Source of the DNA: Utricularia gibba
Lineage: Eukaryota; Plantae; Magnoliophyta
Reading direction: 5' to 3'
DNA length: 64,000 bases
NCBI GenBank assembly: GCA_002189035.1
Contig: NEEC01000018.1
Span: forward strand, 2,108,001-2,172,000
Position 1 is the stretch's first letter. Every line of letters begins with the position of its first letter. Both the position numbers and the translations under genes were made by a program. Below the pieces are notes generated by a model, which saw only the letters and a list, made by a program, of their open reading frames with translations, was not told the DNA's origin and did not search any database. Positions 28,801 to 41,367 of the stretch are shown piece by piece.

Positions 28801-31536
28801 CATCTGCATTATGAAAACTGAAATCTGTAGCAGCAGCCTCATCTGTTAGCTAGTAACAATGAAAAAGCTGTCAGTCATAAATTTGGAAAATATGGGTGAC
28901 CGTTAATCAGAAAACATAATAATTCTTTCTTCAACATACGGATTGATGAATATCTTGCTGAATTTGCCTCCACTTAGCGTCAGAGAGCACTTTCTCATGG
29001 AGCTCATTCTGCAAATTTTTGATCCGTGATTCATGATCTAAAGTGCATTTCTCAAGCAAGTTTCTTATTTTCCGGTTCTGGGACACATAAAACAACAAAT
29101 ACTTCAGTGTGACTAAGAATTCCAACATGAGGTATTTATGGGAAAATCGATTAATGATGAAGGATGAAAACTTCTAGCCTGTATATTCAAGTAATGCTTT
29201 ATTGGATCCGACTCCGGCTCTAGCTCCAAGAGAAGCCGCACAGTATTTTCAAGCTGCAAGAAACACAAGTTGACTAGTTCAATAACACTAATTTGCAAGA
29301 CAACACAGTTCATGGGCATGCCAGAACACAAATCGTGATAGGGAACAAGTATCTTGCACTAGGTGGCCACCAAAACAGAATATATCTCACATTCGCCAGA
29401 TCAATATTTGGATCTTCCATGGTCCTGTAAAGCATCCCTTTGAATTCATGCACTACCTTTTCAACTTCTTCAAGGACACGCTTAAGAATTCCAACCTGCA
29501 GTGTGAACCAATGGTGCATTTAGTGAGGAAATCCATCAGAATACTTCTGCGAAAAACATACTGTTGGCGAAACAGAGAGGCAAGCGTAGCTTTAAAGGAA
29601 ATGAACATGACTTCAACTAGAAAAGAGGGAGGATGAAAAAGATGAAGTCACTATAAACATGGTAGAAATCATTCAACATGCCAAAAACACAACAAGCGAG
29701 CCATACATGAGAAGGCAGAACAATTGACTTGGCTTTCCGGTACTCTCTCACAGCCAAATCATATTCACCCTTATTAATGCTTCCACGAATTGCACTTGGC
29801 AGGTTAAAAAGTGTTCTGAACCTTTGGAGCATGCTTTGAACGGACCTTATTTTTTCTGCTTGCACCTTTGGAAGTTTTCAAAATACAGTTAAAAAAATTC
29901 TGAACGCCCTGAAAAATTTTCAGCTAAAATATTGTTTGAATGGTAACTACCTGTCGCTCAAACAAGGGACCAAAAGCACGATTGGCAAGAGAACCGACTC
30001 CTTGTATACACTTAACTAACTGAGTAGTGCCAGAACCTTCAGGATCATCCTCTATTCTCTTTAGCTTTGACTCAATGTCTAAGGCATGAAAATCAAGTCA
30101 AAAGCTGATGTCGTTCTAATAGTAGTTGAATGAAGAGCAACTGACTACAACTGACCATCTATAGTTGTTTTGCATGAAACAAAGCAATCAAAGTTCTCCT
30201 TGACCAATTGCTTTTTCTGTTGGGTCCTTCCTTTCAAATCATTTTTCAACGAATGAGCACCAACTTCTAAATCTGCAGCACTTGTGTCTAGGTGCACCCG
30301 TGATATAAACAGTTTGGCATCAAATTTTTCCGTGTAATAGTTTAATTTTTCTGCAGAACCATGCAAATTCCATTCCATATGATAGGTTTCATAAAGATCA
30401 AAAGGAAGTGCAAAAATGGCTCAGAAAAGTTTAACACGGACCCCGATCATTTGGAGCAAGAGGTTCCACATCTATTGAGGAAGGTGCATTTGCCAAATTA
30501 TCACTGATCAACCGGAATGTTTTGTGATTGATTAGCCTGCTCAGGTATAAGTAACGTTAGAATTAATAAACAGAGCAACGCAAGCCAGTCAAGAAAAATT
30601 ACCCTAGTCCAAGAGGATCCACCCATTCCATGCCCCTTGGAAGAGACTGCAGACTGGTTAGTCCTTTTGGCTTCTGCTCGAAATTCTGAGGCGCTGGAAC
30701 TGCTCTTGTCTCCCTCATCTCCCTGACCCTCCGTGCCAACTGAGATGGACATCATATATTCTAAACCCTTTCTCAGGTTAGGCAGCATAGCATGATTAGG
30801 TTCACAACCTCAGTAAGGAACACCGACAATTGGGGCTAATTCACACATATATGATTTTTAAGGTAGAGAAAAAGACATTTCCCAATGACTATAATTACAG
30901 TACCATATATATTAGCCTTCTATTCTTCTAGCTCGTAAAACTACCACAGAGAAGCAACTGTACGGGCGAGTTTAGCATCGAAATGGAAAGTGCTGGCAGG
31001 TTCTAGACAAAAATTAAGAATCTCAAGTACTAACATAGAGCGCGATTTCGATCCATTAATATTCTGAACGATAAACGTAGCTGAAAAACTAACAAAAATA
31101 CAGACTAACCAAACCGTTCAAAATGTAAACGCAGTATATCTAGTGGAGAGGAAGAAAAGCATACCGAAGCTTCATTTACGCGCTTCCAGCAGTTAGGCTC
31201 ATCATCATCCCAATCCTCCTCTTTCCCGATCCCATTCTTATTTCTCGCCGCAACGCCGCCGTGAGCATCCTCGTCTCCAGACGAAATGCTCAGCATCTCC
31301 ACCTCGGAATCCTCGTCCTCATCCATAGATACTTTCCGATTGGACGCCTTCTTCTGCTGTTGAGCCACAGCAACGGCGTTCCTCGGAGCTCCGCTGCCGT
31401 TGGACGGAGGCTGGACGTAGTTGCGCACAGGCTTCGTCGGCACTTGCGATTGCTTATTGTAATTGATATCGCGCTGCGATTGCTGCTTTAGCGCAAGTTG
31501 CAGCAACTCATCCTCATCCAATTCGTCATCCGACAT
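25826..31536 (-). CDS. SEC5: Exocyst complex component SEC5, many exons
   Basis: MSDDELDEDELLQLALK, EKFDAKLFISRVHLDTSAADLE, KQLVKENFDCFVSCKTTID, FNLPSAIRGSINKGEYDLAVREYRKAK, MLEVEYFETILNPYFT, LERTRINAACF; individual exon phases not all checked. Confidence 0.93.
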
Positions 31537-31981
31537 CTTCTGATTCCGATTATGCCAATGAAATTTCCAGAAGCTGGATCTGTTCTGTGCGGGAATGCGG
31601 ATGATTGATCACGAGAAATGAAATAGCGGAGTGAAACGAAAGAAACGTTTGGGTCCAAGTACCCACTGTGCTACGGAACACGCTTTACTATGCTGCGCGT
31701 GAGAACTCCCAATTTTTCCCCATTAAACTCAATTATTTTATTCTGTAAAACTATTTCCCACATTTGAGACATATTTTTGAATTGTGAGCTTAATTTAGTT
31801 CAAAAATATAAATTGAATATGAAATTTAACTAAATTGATACATATTCAACTGAACCTGGACAGGTTTTGCCGTTGAATACAGAAAAAAGAAAAATCTACA
31901 GCCTATATGAAATAAGGTGTTCATCTGGATGCAGCAGTCACTCACACTCTACTGTTCGTGATCTAATAATTTCCTTCGGCT

Positions 31982-32916
31982 ATGGCGCAGCAACCCACCG
32001 CCTCCCGTCCGGTGAAATTTGTAGCCGCGGCTGATGGATTCGGAGAATCCCTGAAAGATTCGCTCGTGGCGGAACTCCGTTCACTCAACATCGAAGTTGA
32101 AGATCTCGGAACTACAAAGTACTATTCCGCCGGCGAACAAGTTGGCCGCCGCGTCAGCCAAGCGTCTCAAGCCGATCCTTCCGTCGAAACTCGCGGTCTC
32201 GTCGCCTGTGGCACAGGCGTCGGCGTCTCCATATTCGCCAACAAGTTCCCTGGAGTCTACGCCGCCTTGTGCCTCAACAAATCGGACGCTATGAACGCTC
32301 GATCCATCAATAACGCCAACGTCCTCGCAGTTTCCGGTATGTCCACGGCACCAGAATCTGCTAAAGAGATCCTCGATGTTTTCCTCAAAACGCAATTCAA
32401 GTCCCCCTGTCCTGCCTCCGGCGAGAACCCCTGGCCCGACGAGATCCAGTCATTCCTCGATGAATCAGTCAACGAAATCCCCAAAATCGGAGGGGAGAAT
32501 GCTGCTATTGTGGATCCCCCATGCTTCATCTGCTCGTTAGCGAACTCTCGGAGGGGAAAGAGTTCACGCCGGTGGAAATTATGCCCGGCGGATCGATGAA
32601 GATACTTAGAAAGTCTCCGACTTCGGCTATTGTGAGATTCAAGGAAGGCAGCGTTGAGCCGGCGCACCACCACACGTTTGGACACGATTTGGTGGTTACG
32701 GAAGGGAGGAAAACAGTGTGGAATCTGAGTAAAAAGGAGAGGTACGATCTGGAAACCGGCGATTATCTGTTCACTCCGGCGGGGGACGTGCACCGTGTAA
32801 AGTATCACAAGGACACGGAGTTCTTCATAAAGTGGGATGGGCATTGGGACTTGTTCTTGGATGAGGATTTGGATACAGCCCACGCCGCTATAGAGCGAGA
32901 TCAACATCAAAATTAA
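31982..32916 (+). CDS. DRT102: DRT102 (RpiB/LacAB-like domain plus cupin), interrupted by a -1 frame change near 32545-32560
   Basis: Frame 1: RGLVACGTGVGVSIFANKFPGVYAA, ARSINNANVLA, PCPAS. Frame 2: KEFTPVEIMPGGSMK, EPAHHHTFGHDLVV, GDYLFTPAGDVHRVKY. No intron between them. Confidence 0.9.
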
Positions 32917-34060
32917 GAACTGCCATGAAACTTTGTGCTGTGTTTTGATGTGTTTCGATATTTAACAAGTCTGCAGGTTGTTATCAATCCTTGTGGAATG
33001 TTCGTTGTACTGGTGACAGAGATCATGAGCAGCAGCATATTAAGAACTTTGCCCTGATGCTATCCGACTACTTGATAAATTACTGGTGACAGAGATCTGG
33101 AAAGTTTTTCTCTTTGCACAAACCAATTTTCTAGTCTATATATACCCTTCCTCTTTGAAAGCTTTCTCCTCGCGAGCAATCAAGCAAGCAGGAACAGTAA
33201 TCACTGTGTAATCCGCTTATTTTATCATATTGGGATGTGGGATCCTGCGTAGCGAAACAGATCACTCTTCTCGGACGTTTGCTGTTCTCTCATTTTCTCA
33301 GTCTTCTCCCTCGTTTTCCGGTCGTGATTTTCTTCCAGAATTCCATCATTCAGTCGATCTTGACTTGCATTGACATGAATGACAGCACTTTGACTACCCC
33401 AATGAATGTCCGCCTTCTTGAATTCCTCACGAAACTCAACAAACATGATGAGTCTGCCATTTTCGGACAAGGCAACCTCCATGATCATGATCATTTTCCT
33501 CTGTCAACAAAAGAAAAGATCTTGTCTTTTGCTTTCTCCTTCTTCTAGACAACCCATCCCTCATTTCACCATGTTCGGGTTGCGACTCACAATTACCAGA
33601 TACAAGCGTACATATAATACTGATTTATTCTAAGGTATTGACATATTCCAAGAAAACACTAAAAAAAAAGAAAGAAACTGCGGTGTGGCCGGCCGGTTCA
33701 CGGTCCCATTAGAACTTTTTCGTTGTTGGTAGCCCAAAAGTAGCTTTACTCCCACGTTTCCATTTCACAACTACAAGGGCAGTAACATGATACCCCAATC
33801 CGCACCAACTGTTCGAAATCACAACAAAGAACGAAACTTTACACTAGATTCTACCCATTCGAGCTTACAAATACCACATTCGGGCACCTTTAAAGTGACA
33901 TCATACTTGCAAACTGAACCATCTTTTCGTGAGTACCTACCACATTCCAGCCGCAAGGCCGGTCCTTGGCTATCGATTCTGAAAAACTATCGCCTTCTGC
34001 CCTCTGAAAAAAAGTCCCAATCTTCCATGCATTGGCAACCTAAATCCAAAACTCGTAGGA

Positions 34061-34344
34061 GGTGTTTTGGTAGTTTATTTAATTTTTAGTTACATTTATT
34101 TAAGCTATAACATAATTTATGAATTTAAATTCGAAATACATACAACAATACTACAATTAAGAGGATGTTTTATACTTGGATATAGAAGTTTTATATTCAA
34201 ATTTACATATATACTATTATTTGACTGACTAGTATATTCTATTATCAAACCATTTATAAAAAATATAAAATAGATTGATAGATGAATATATATAAAAATA
34301 TTATATTTATTTAAAATTAGTTTAAAATTAAACTATCAAAACCC
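34061..34344. mobile_element. Possible degenerate MITE
   Basis: GTTTTGGTAGTTTA (34064) and TAAACTATCAAAAC (34329) form a 14-bp inverted repeat with 1 mismatch around a very AT-rich ~250 bp interior; no clear TSD. Confidence 0.4.
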
Positions 34345-35260
34345 AAAGTCATTCTACATGAAGCAAGCTTATGAAAAAAATGTGGTGTGGATCATGAGTG
34401 ATTTTATATCCACGTGAGTTAAACATTAAAGGCCATTTTTTTCGGTTATTATATTCATATAAATTATAATGAACACTAGTCGCGCAATTATTCATAGTTT
34501 TATATTTTGGAAGTCTGACGCCTCGGTGTGTCAAATCTCGAGTGCAGAAAGAGTTGTGGATTTTAGAACAAAACTCGTAGGAAGGCTGAGACAAAAGCAT
34601 TATGTAATAAGCGTACTTTCTGAAGGTCAACTTCCAATCAGGTGGTGGTTGATGATTCATTTACACAAGAGCAGATTGGCTAAACATCGTTTCGATTGCG
34701 AGATGGGTTTGCATGACGTGGATCGTTGCTGGCGTGTCCACACCCTAGTTTCAAACTTTATGCGTAGTGCAGACACGCCGGAAAGAGAGACAGAGAGAGA
34801 AGAAGAAGTGGTGGGGTGCAATTGAATAAAGCTTTGTTCCGTCAGAAAAGAACACAGAAAATCGCAACCTGCATCGCCACTAGACAAGAGAAGAACATTG
34901 AACGTGGGTTCTCTAAAAGCTATCTTATTCTTCTGTGGTTTTTTATTTGTTTTTATCATACTCATCTCTTTCAGTCTTTTTTTGTTTCTGGATTTTCCGG
35001 TGCTTTCTGTATTTTATTTCACTAGGGTTCGTAGCTCTAGAACTGTTAGCTGATCGTTAATTTCTAAGTTTGGGGAGTGTGTTCATGGTTTATGGAAGCT
35101 CTCAAATTAGGGTTCATGAGATTTTTGGGTAGAAGGGTTCGTCCCTGGGGATGGCGATCTTGAAAACCAGTAGCTGAATTTGGGAGTTCTGGTTAAGTGA
35201 GATTGAAACAGTGGCTGCTGTTTTCTAAAAGGCCCCCTTGTTTTTGTTTTTAGGATACAA

Positions 35261-35998
35261 ATGGAGCTGTCGATCAACGATCGGATGCCCCGGGGAGACG
35301 ACGACGATGACAAAGAGGGAAGGAGTGATGGCGGAGCAGTGGAGGTGGGCAACCGTCGTCCCCGTGGACGCCCACCGGGATCGAAGAACAAACCGAAGCC
35401 TCCGATTTTTGTCACCCATGATTCTCCTAACGCGCTTCGGAGCCAAGTGATGGAAATCGCCGGTGGCGTCGATGTGGCCGAGAGCATCGCCCAATTCGCC
35501 CGGCGCCGCCAGCGTGGAGTTTGTGTCTTAAGCGGGAGTGGGTTTGTCGCAAACGCCACCATCCGTCAGCCAGCAGCATTAAGCGCCGCCGTGGTATTAC
35601 AAGGTCGGCTTGAAATTCTTTCCCTATCCGGGGCCTTTCTACCCGGCCCCGTTCCGCCGGGCGCCACCGGCTTGACGGTATATTTATCCGGCGGCCAAGG
35701 ACAGGTAGTGGGTGGCAGTGTGGTGGGCCCCTTGATCGCCTCAGGTCCCGTTCTGGTCATCGCAGCTACTTTTTCAAATGCAACTTATGAACGCCTCCCA
35801 ATCCTTGACGACGACGACGGCGCCCCGGCCCCCGGAAGCTCGTCTCAGGGAGCCGGACATGTCTCCGGCTCTCCCCCCGGAATACTTCATCACAACCTCA
35901 TGGATCCCTCCTCCTTTCCCATTTACACTTTGACCCAAAACGCCCCTCAAAACCCTGATTCCTTTGGAAGCTGGGCACATCCCAGACCACCATTCTAA
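35261..35998 (+). CDS. AT-hook motif nuclear-localized protein (AHL; AT-hook plus PPC/DUF296), single exon
   Basis: [82 protein letters not shown]. Confidence 0.96.
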   Translation: MELSINDRMPRGDDDDDKEGRSDGGAVEVGNRRPRGRPPGSKNKPKPPIFVTHDSPNALRSQVMEIAGGVDVAESIAQFARRRQRGVCVLSGSGFVANATIRQPAALSAAVVLQGRLEILSLSGAFLPGPVPPGATGLTVYLSGGQGQVVGGSVVGPLIASGPVLVIAATFSNATYERLPILDDDDGAPAPGSSSQGAGHVSGSPPGILHHNLMDPSSFPIYTLTQNAPQNPDSFGSWAHPRPPF

Positions 35999-36227
35999 GA
36001 GGTAACAAACAGAAACCAAGCCTTTCAATACCAACTTAAGAAACTCGAGCAACCCATTAGTTTACATGTGTGTAACTGCCTGTTTGTACATGGAGCACAC
36101 CATGACATTTTACTTCCCACGTCTTATTATGTATGCTGTGTGCTGGTAGCTGGTTGCTGGTTGCTGGTTCCTGGTTTCAATCAATAACTGTGGAGTCTTT
36201 TATCAAACGAAGAAGATGAATTGCAGT

Positions 36228-36248
36228 CAGCAGCAGCAGCAGCAGCAG
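36228..36248. repeat. (CAG)7 microsatellite
   Basis: Seven perfect CAG units. Confidence 0.9.
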
Positions 36249-37269
36249 TAGCATCCTCACCTCTTGTTATTTCTTTAATATTCGTCGGGCGCTTGACCAT
36301 TACAATTAAAAATTCGAGTCATCCCTGCAAACAGCATGGACTCCAGGATCAAGTTCCAATGGCGACAAAGCGCAGGCAGCTTTCGATGTCAAGAGTGTTA
36401 CGACTGTCACGGTACGCAACGTTACTGACTCATAGCCACCCATATAAAATACCCATTGTATTTATTGTCTTCTGTTTTATTCATGTCCAAAGGCATACAG
36501 AATATCAAAAGAATCTTGAATATTATTATTATAGTATACATTGTATTAATTATTTATCGCTTACCATCAATTTTTCATTTTATTTCTTACTAATTTCTAA
36601 GAAATAGGAAATAAAAGTAATTCCTAACATCATTTGCTTTTTTTTAATGCGGGACCTCGCTAGACGTAATTTTTTAATTCATAATTTATAAGGGTATTAT
36701 TCATCATTTATTGTAATTATTTTAATAAACTATTCTATCGAATTGCGCGTGTTACTTTCCAATTGATTGTACATGAAAATAGTGGGCCCTATGCACGTGA
36801 AATCACGTGCTAAGGACTTTGGATTGAAATATACAATTAAAAAATAACAATTTAAAATGGCAAGTTAGGTGCACAGTAAAGTGAAATTAATAGGCTCTGA
36901 ACAGTCGATGAGCACAAGTTTTCTTTATACATGATCCCGAATGTCACTATAAATTTTTTTACTTATTCTAAACACATATAATAAACATGATAATATTTTA
37001 AAGACTTGTGTATAAGATTTATATATTAAATATGATTATAATTATAATTTTGTAATATACATTTATATAAATATAAGTAATTAATATAAATTATTAAGTC
37101 AAGTGTATCCTAATTTAGAGTCAAAAAAACAATGGATCCGAACCTGAACCCGACCCGAATCCAAATTGGATGGAAATGGAATTTTCATTCCGAGAAAATT
37201 CCGATTTTTTTTATTTATCTAAAAATTGAATGCCGAGCACATTCCCCATGCAAATCTTCATCAAAGGCG

Positions 37270-37935
37270 ATGGGGCTGAAGGAGCTGTTCAATCGGAAAG
37301 GTAAGGAACCTCCGGGACTGAAATCGACGTCATCACGACGATCGAGCCGGTCGCTCTTAATTTCCCGATCACCGTCTCTGAACTCGCGTGCCCAGATCGA
37401 AGAGGAATTGGAGCAGGTTTTCAAAAAATTTGACGTCAATGGCGACGGCAGGATCTCAGCATCCGAGCTGGGAGCCATCTTCGGAAGCCTCGGACAGGCC
37501 TTACCGGAAGAGGAGCTGAACGCAATGATCGACGAGGTGGATTCCGATGGCGACGGATTCATTGATTTGAAGGAATTCATCGAACTCAACACCAAGGATA
37601 TCGATTACGACGATGTGGTTGGCGATCTAAAAGATGCCTTCGAGGTATATGATTCCGTAAGCTCATCAGATTGCTTTGCACATTTCGATGAGAATCATCC
37701 TCTTTGATGGCTCGGGGGTTTGCAGGTGTTCGACATAGACAAGAATGGGTCGATATGCGCGCAGGAATTGCAAGAGGTGATGCAGAGTTTAGGGGAGGAA
37801 TGCACGTTGGCTGAGTGCAGAAAAATGATCAGCGGGGTGGATTCCGATGGGAATGGTGTCATCACTTTCGACGAGTTCAAGGCGATGATGATGATGGGAT
37901 CCCGTTTCGATGCATTGGACAATAAAAACTCCTGA
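37270..37935 (+). CDS. Calmodulin-like protein with 4 EF-hands (CML25-like); exons 37270-37644 and 37726-37935
   Basis: EF loops DVNGDGRISASE, DSDGDGFIDLKE, DIDKNGSICAQE, DSDGNGVITFDE; 81-nt GT-AG intron in phase 0. Confidence 0.93.
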
Positions 37936-38311
37936 TTCATCGAGTTTGCTACTACACAATTGTGGTATGAACCATGAACAAGCTCGAACCGGTTCAAAAA
38001 TCCGGTTTTCTGTTTTTATTAGCTATTAATGGGTTATTAATTAATTTTAAAAATAAAAAGAAACCCCGTTTGTATTCGTATTTTAAACTATTGCTTTGGT
38101 TTAATTAAATTATATATATTTTTTTGTATGGGTGTTATGATTATCTGCAATTTAAAAAAATAAAAAATGATGCTGACCCAAACCCGGTCTAGTCCGGGCA
38201 GATGAACAGAGGGACAGCGCGAGGAACGTATATAATTTCTCCGCGCACTTAGCGGTGTACAGTCAACTTTTTCTGAGAAAAAGAAGGAGAACGCATACGA
38301 CTACGAGGAAC

Positions 38312-38319
38312 TAGGGTTT
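38312..38319. promoter_or_regulatory. Telo-box (AAACCCTA on the minus strand)
   Basis: TAGGGTTT upstream of the candidate gene at 38.5 kb. Confidence 0.4.
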
Positions 38320-38512
38320 CTTTGTTCCTCTATCAATGGGAATCGCGTCTGCACCGATAAAGTTTGTGAGAAATTTCTTCTTAATGTATATTCACTTACC
38401 AGAAATTCATCGTCAGAAGAAATTCTGCGTGAAATTGGCTCCGTGGCTCAATGCGGCAAATCGGTGGTTATATATTGCTTCGATTTTTTTCATTTACGGA
38501 ATAGTTTTGTAG

Positions 38513-39379
38513 CTATACTGAATCTAACGAGGTGGAGTCGCCTCATGGGCTGGAGGCTGGTGGAATTGACAAAACTTTTCGGAGAAAAATTTGGCAGGGA
38601 GGAGGTATCTGCGGACTGGTACGCCTCTGGTGATCTCATATATTTAAAGCTATTTCCTTTCAAAAACGTTGGTTGAAGGTCTCGTCTTTTGCTCACAGTC
38701 TTTGTTAATGCCGCGCCCTTTCTCTTTTGTTAGTCGTAGTCATCTAGATTTTGTTTTATGCAGCAGGAGATTCACCAGTTCAATGGAAACCTCTGAAGCT
38801 CAGGGAATATGAAGGGGATCTTGGAATCGCGTTTGGGGAAGACTCAGGTTTGCTTCTTATTCACATATAAAAGATTACAACCCCACACGATCTGCTGGAT
38901 AGTTCAAATTTCTGTTAGCTACAGTGGAACCGTATTGGTGGATTATTCACTCACATGAAGTGCGATTCCACTTTATCTTTTGGATGCTGTTGCCTTTGCT
39001 GAATGTAGTTTTTGATTCGGTGGATTTGAGTAATCGGATTCTTCAACAATTTAACAATATCCTTCAACAATGCTTGACCGTAGGATCAATATTGTGATGG
39101 TTTACGCAGGCAGGGTACTACTGCTCGGTTTTCAATCTGCTTCATTGTGATAGTTCTCGTGGGACATTTTATGCAAGCAGGGTACGACTGCTCGGTTGGT
39201 GAATGTGTCGTAAAAGGCTCTCTTTGCATGATTTGGTGATTTCAATTTCCTTAATATATTCAAGTACCTCGGCTTTTTTGCGCCCCTGAGAGTTATCTAG
39301 CGTAATGGCCCGGTTGACAATCGTTATGTCATTCTCCATAGATCTTGCTGAGCGCATCTTGAAACAACAAGAAGAGTAG
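38513..39379 (+). other. Candidate small multi-exon gene or pseudogene of unknown family; 5' end unresolved
   Basis: Segments 38513-38604, 38764/38767-38847 and 39342-39379 have AG/GT boundaries and join in phase to YTESNEVESPHGLEAGGIDKTFRRKIWQGG-GDSPVQWKPLKLREYEGDLGIAFGEDS-DLAERILKQQEE*. Confidence 0.4.
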
Positions 39380-39789
39380 AGAAAGCGCCAGATGCCAGAG
39401 AGAAGGTTGGGCTCCCCTGCATTCACTAAAATTCTGTTCCTCTTTTCATGGATTTTTTTTTCTTCAAATCCTCAGTCGCATTTTAGGAACCTGAACCCGA
39501 CCTGTTGTAGCCAAGATGGGATTCAGAGGTTTCGGTTCATCCAAAAAATGATGCTGCTAAATTTCTTGTATTTGAAATTTTGCAACCCGGGGCATGCTCT
39601 CTCCAAATGGTGGGTGATTCCCAGCACTTGCTTTACAATTATTTCTAGAAAATGCTATCTGATCATTAGTTTTTTCATTATACGAGTAACTGCAGGTTTG
39701 ACACAACATGAGATCCTACCCGTATACGCCATCCCAGTAACCTAGTCAACCATTAGATCCCAACCAAGGTGAAGGAGATGTACCACTTG

Positions 39790-41367
39790 CTATGGCTGAA
39801 CCAGTTTGACTCCCCTGCTCACGTCCTCGCACTGCCTAAGATAAGGCTCGACGAGGCTAGTAGCAGTCGCGTGTCTTGCTTCACAATCGTAGCTTGGAGG
39901 CATATGAAAGCAGGGGTCCATCGATAGAAGTCGATGGCATGATGGAGCATTTTCCGTCTCGTTCTTTGGCTTGAATACCATCCATGGCGTGAGCCCACCT
40001 AGACCCTGAGCCACATACCCAAAAGTTGATGATGCACTTGTGACCAGTTTATCTGTTAAGCTGAGCAGGTACATCTCTGCCAACGCTTTCCTATCATGAT
40101 TTAGATCTCCGGTATGCTGATGCCCCTCAAAGCTCGGTTGATGGATCGAGATGTCTTCTCCGGTTAGTGTTCCATTTTCCCAATACAGTTTTCTCATTTG
40201 GGTAAAGTAGTATCGGCTCAACGACGCTAGCATCACCGCAATCTTATGTTCTCCCATTGCTTTTGAGAGACTTTTTTCCTCTTTGTTACTAGCATTTGGA
40301 AGCAAACCCTCTGTCACAGTGCAGGAGAGAACTTGATCCAGAACCTTATCAGAAGGGATGCCTTCTTCTCGATGAAAAATGCGAATCTGGATCCCAACTT
40401 TCACATCAGCAGTAGACAAATAAGCTTCATAGAATCTCGTCACAAGTTCCCAGACAGAATCCGTTGGATGGAACAAATACCTACTCAAGAAGTGGAAAAC
40501 TGTCCCCTTGTCCGGGAATAGCTTATGCAGCTCTTCTCTAAACGATGGCATCATGAAGAAGGCCGGAGCGAAGTACTCGTTCGACATCATGATCGTCCAC
40601 GGCACGTCTTTCACATACGATTGCTCTTTGTCGCAATAGAAACGTTTATCTAAATCGCCGTAATCGGAATAAACATGAGCATACACGTAAGGTGGCAGTG
40701 TAGAGCCACCAGCGTCGCCCAACACATTCTTCCTCAGTAGCTCCCCAAAACTGTCCTGTGAATGTTTCCTAAACCCTTTGAATCTATCGCGCAAGGGGAA
40801 GTCCGATGGAAGTAGCCACGAGCCACCGGGAAATGGCTCGCAGAAGAGATCCGAAATGGCGTCTTCCGGGTCGACGAGGAGGACCCGGTCCGTGAGAAGA
40901 GCATACAAATATGCAGACGCAAGACTGATCATTCTGTTGCCTAAGCCGCCGGTTGGAAACCATATATTGTACTTGCACTCAGTTGGCGTGATGGATTTGT
41001 TGCTATGTATAATTGCCACTGTTTTGTTATAGAAATCTGTATACGGGGAGCATTTCCGATGTCGTTCTTCGTAGCTTCGAAGCTTGGATACGAGGTAATG
41101 AGAAGGTTTTCTTGACGGCCGTCTTCCATGTAAGAGATTGTCATACTCATACCTACTCCGACAAGAAACCTCGTCGAATCGACTCGGAAGCAGCTCGTCA
41201 TCATGCATCGTGTAAAGATAAGTACTTTGCTCGCGCTTGTTGTACAACAGATGATGCTCCGTTAGCGAGCTGGTGCTGAACAAAAATGACAACGCGAACC
41301 CCGCAAGCAATATAACACCCACCGATTTGAAAACCTTGGCCGCCCAGCTCTTGAATCTCGTTTCCAT
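39790..41367 (-). CDS. Alpha-1,2-fucosyltransferase (GT37, xyloglucan FUT1-like), single exon, 525 aa
   Basis: Type II TM, GGLGNRMISLASAYLYALLTDRVLLVD, DLFCEPFPGGSWLLP, VGIQIRIF, HQPSFEGHQ, ALAEMYLLSLTDKLVTSASSTFGYVAQGLGG, MDPCFHMPP. Confidence 0.95.
   Translation of the reverse strand: METRFKSWAAKVFKSVGVILLAGFALSFLFSTSSLTEHHLLYNKREQSTYLYTMHDDELLPSRFDEVSCRSRYEYDNLLHGRRPSRKPSHYLVSKLRSYEERHRKCSPYTDFYNKTVAIIHSNKSITPTECKYNIWFPTGGLGNRMISLASAYLYALLTDRVLLVDPEDAISDLFCEPFPGGSWLLPSDFPLRDRFKGFRKHSQDSFGELLRKNVLGDAGGSTLPPYVYAHVYSDYGDLDKRFYCDKEQSYVKDVPWTIMMSNEYFAPAFFMMPSFREELHKLFPDKGTVFHFLSRYLFHPTDSVWELVTRFYEAYLSTADVKVGIQIRIFHREEGIPSDKVLDQVLSCTVTEGLLPNASNKEEKSLSKAMGEHKIAVMLASLSRYYFTQMRKLYWENGTLTGEDISIHQPSFEGHQHTGDLNHDRKALAEMYLLSLTDKLVTSASSTFGYVAQGLGGLTPWMVFKPKNETENAPSCHRLLSMDPCFHMPPSYDCEARHATATSLVEPYLRQCEDVSRGVKLVQP

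Noticed and set aside
31982-32916. DRT102 (sugar-isomerase-like fold) as a sugar-supply member of the GT cluster
   Set aside because: Separated from the cluster by AHL and CML, and a widely conserved gene; no evidence of a link
33008-33097. 17-bp direct repeat TACTGGTGACAGAGATC, loosely miR156-like
   Set aside because: Does not match mature miR156/157 and forms no fold-back precursor; lies in the DRT102 3' region
33225-33633. Several overlapping 75-103 aa ORFs, checked for a DVL/RTFL-type peptide
   Set aside because: No conserved motif found in any frame
36221-36607. 128-aa ORF with poly-Ala, checked for a CLE/PSK/RGF peptide
   Set aside because: Poly-Ala comes from the CAG repeat; no signal peptide plus mature-peptide motif
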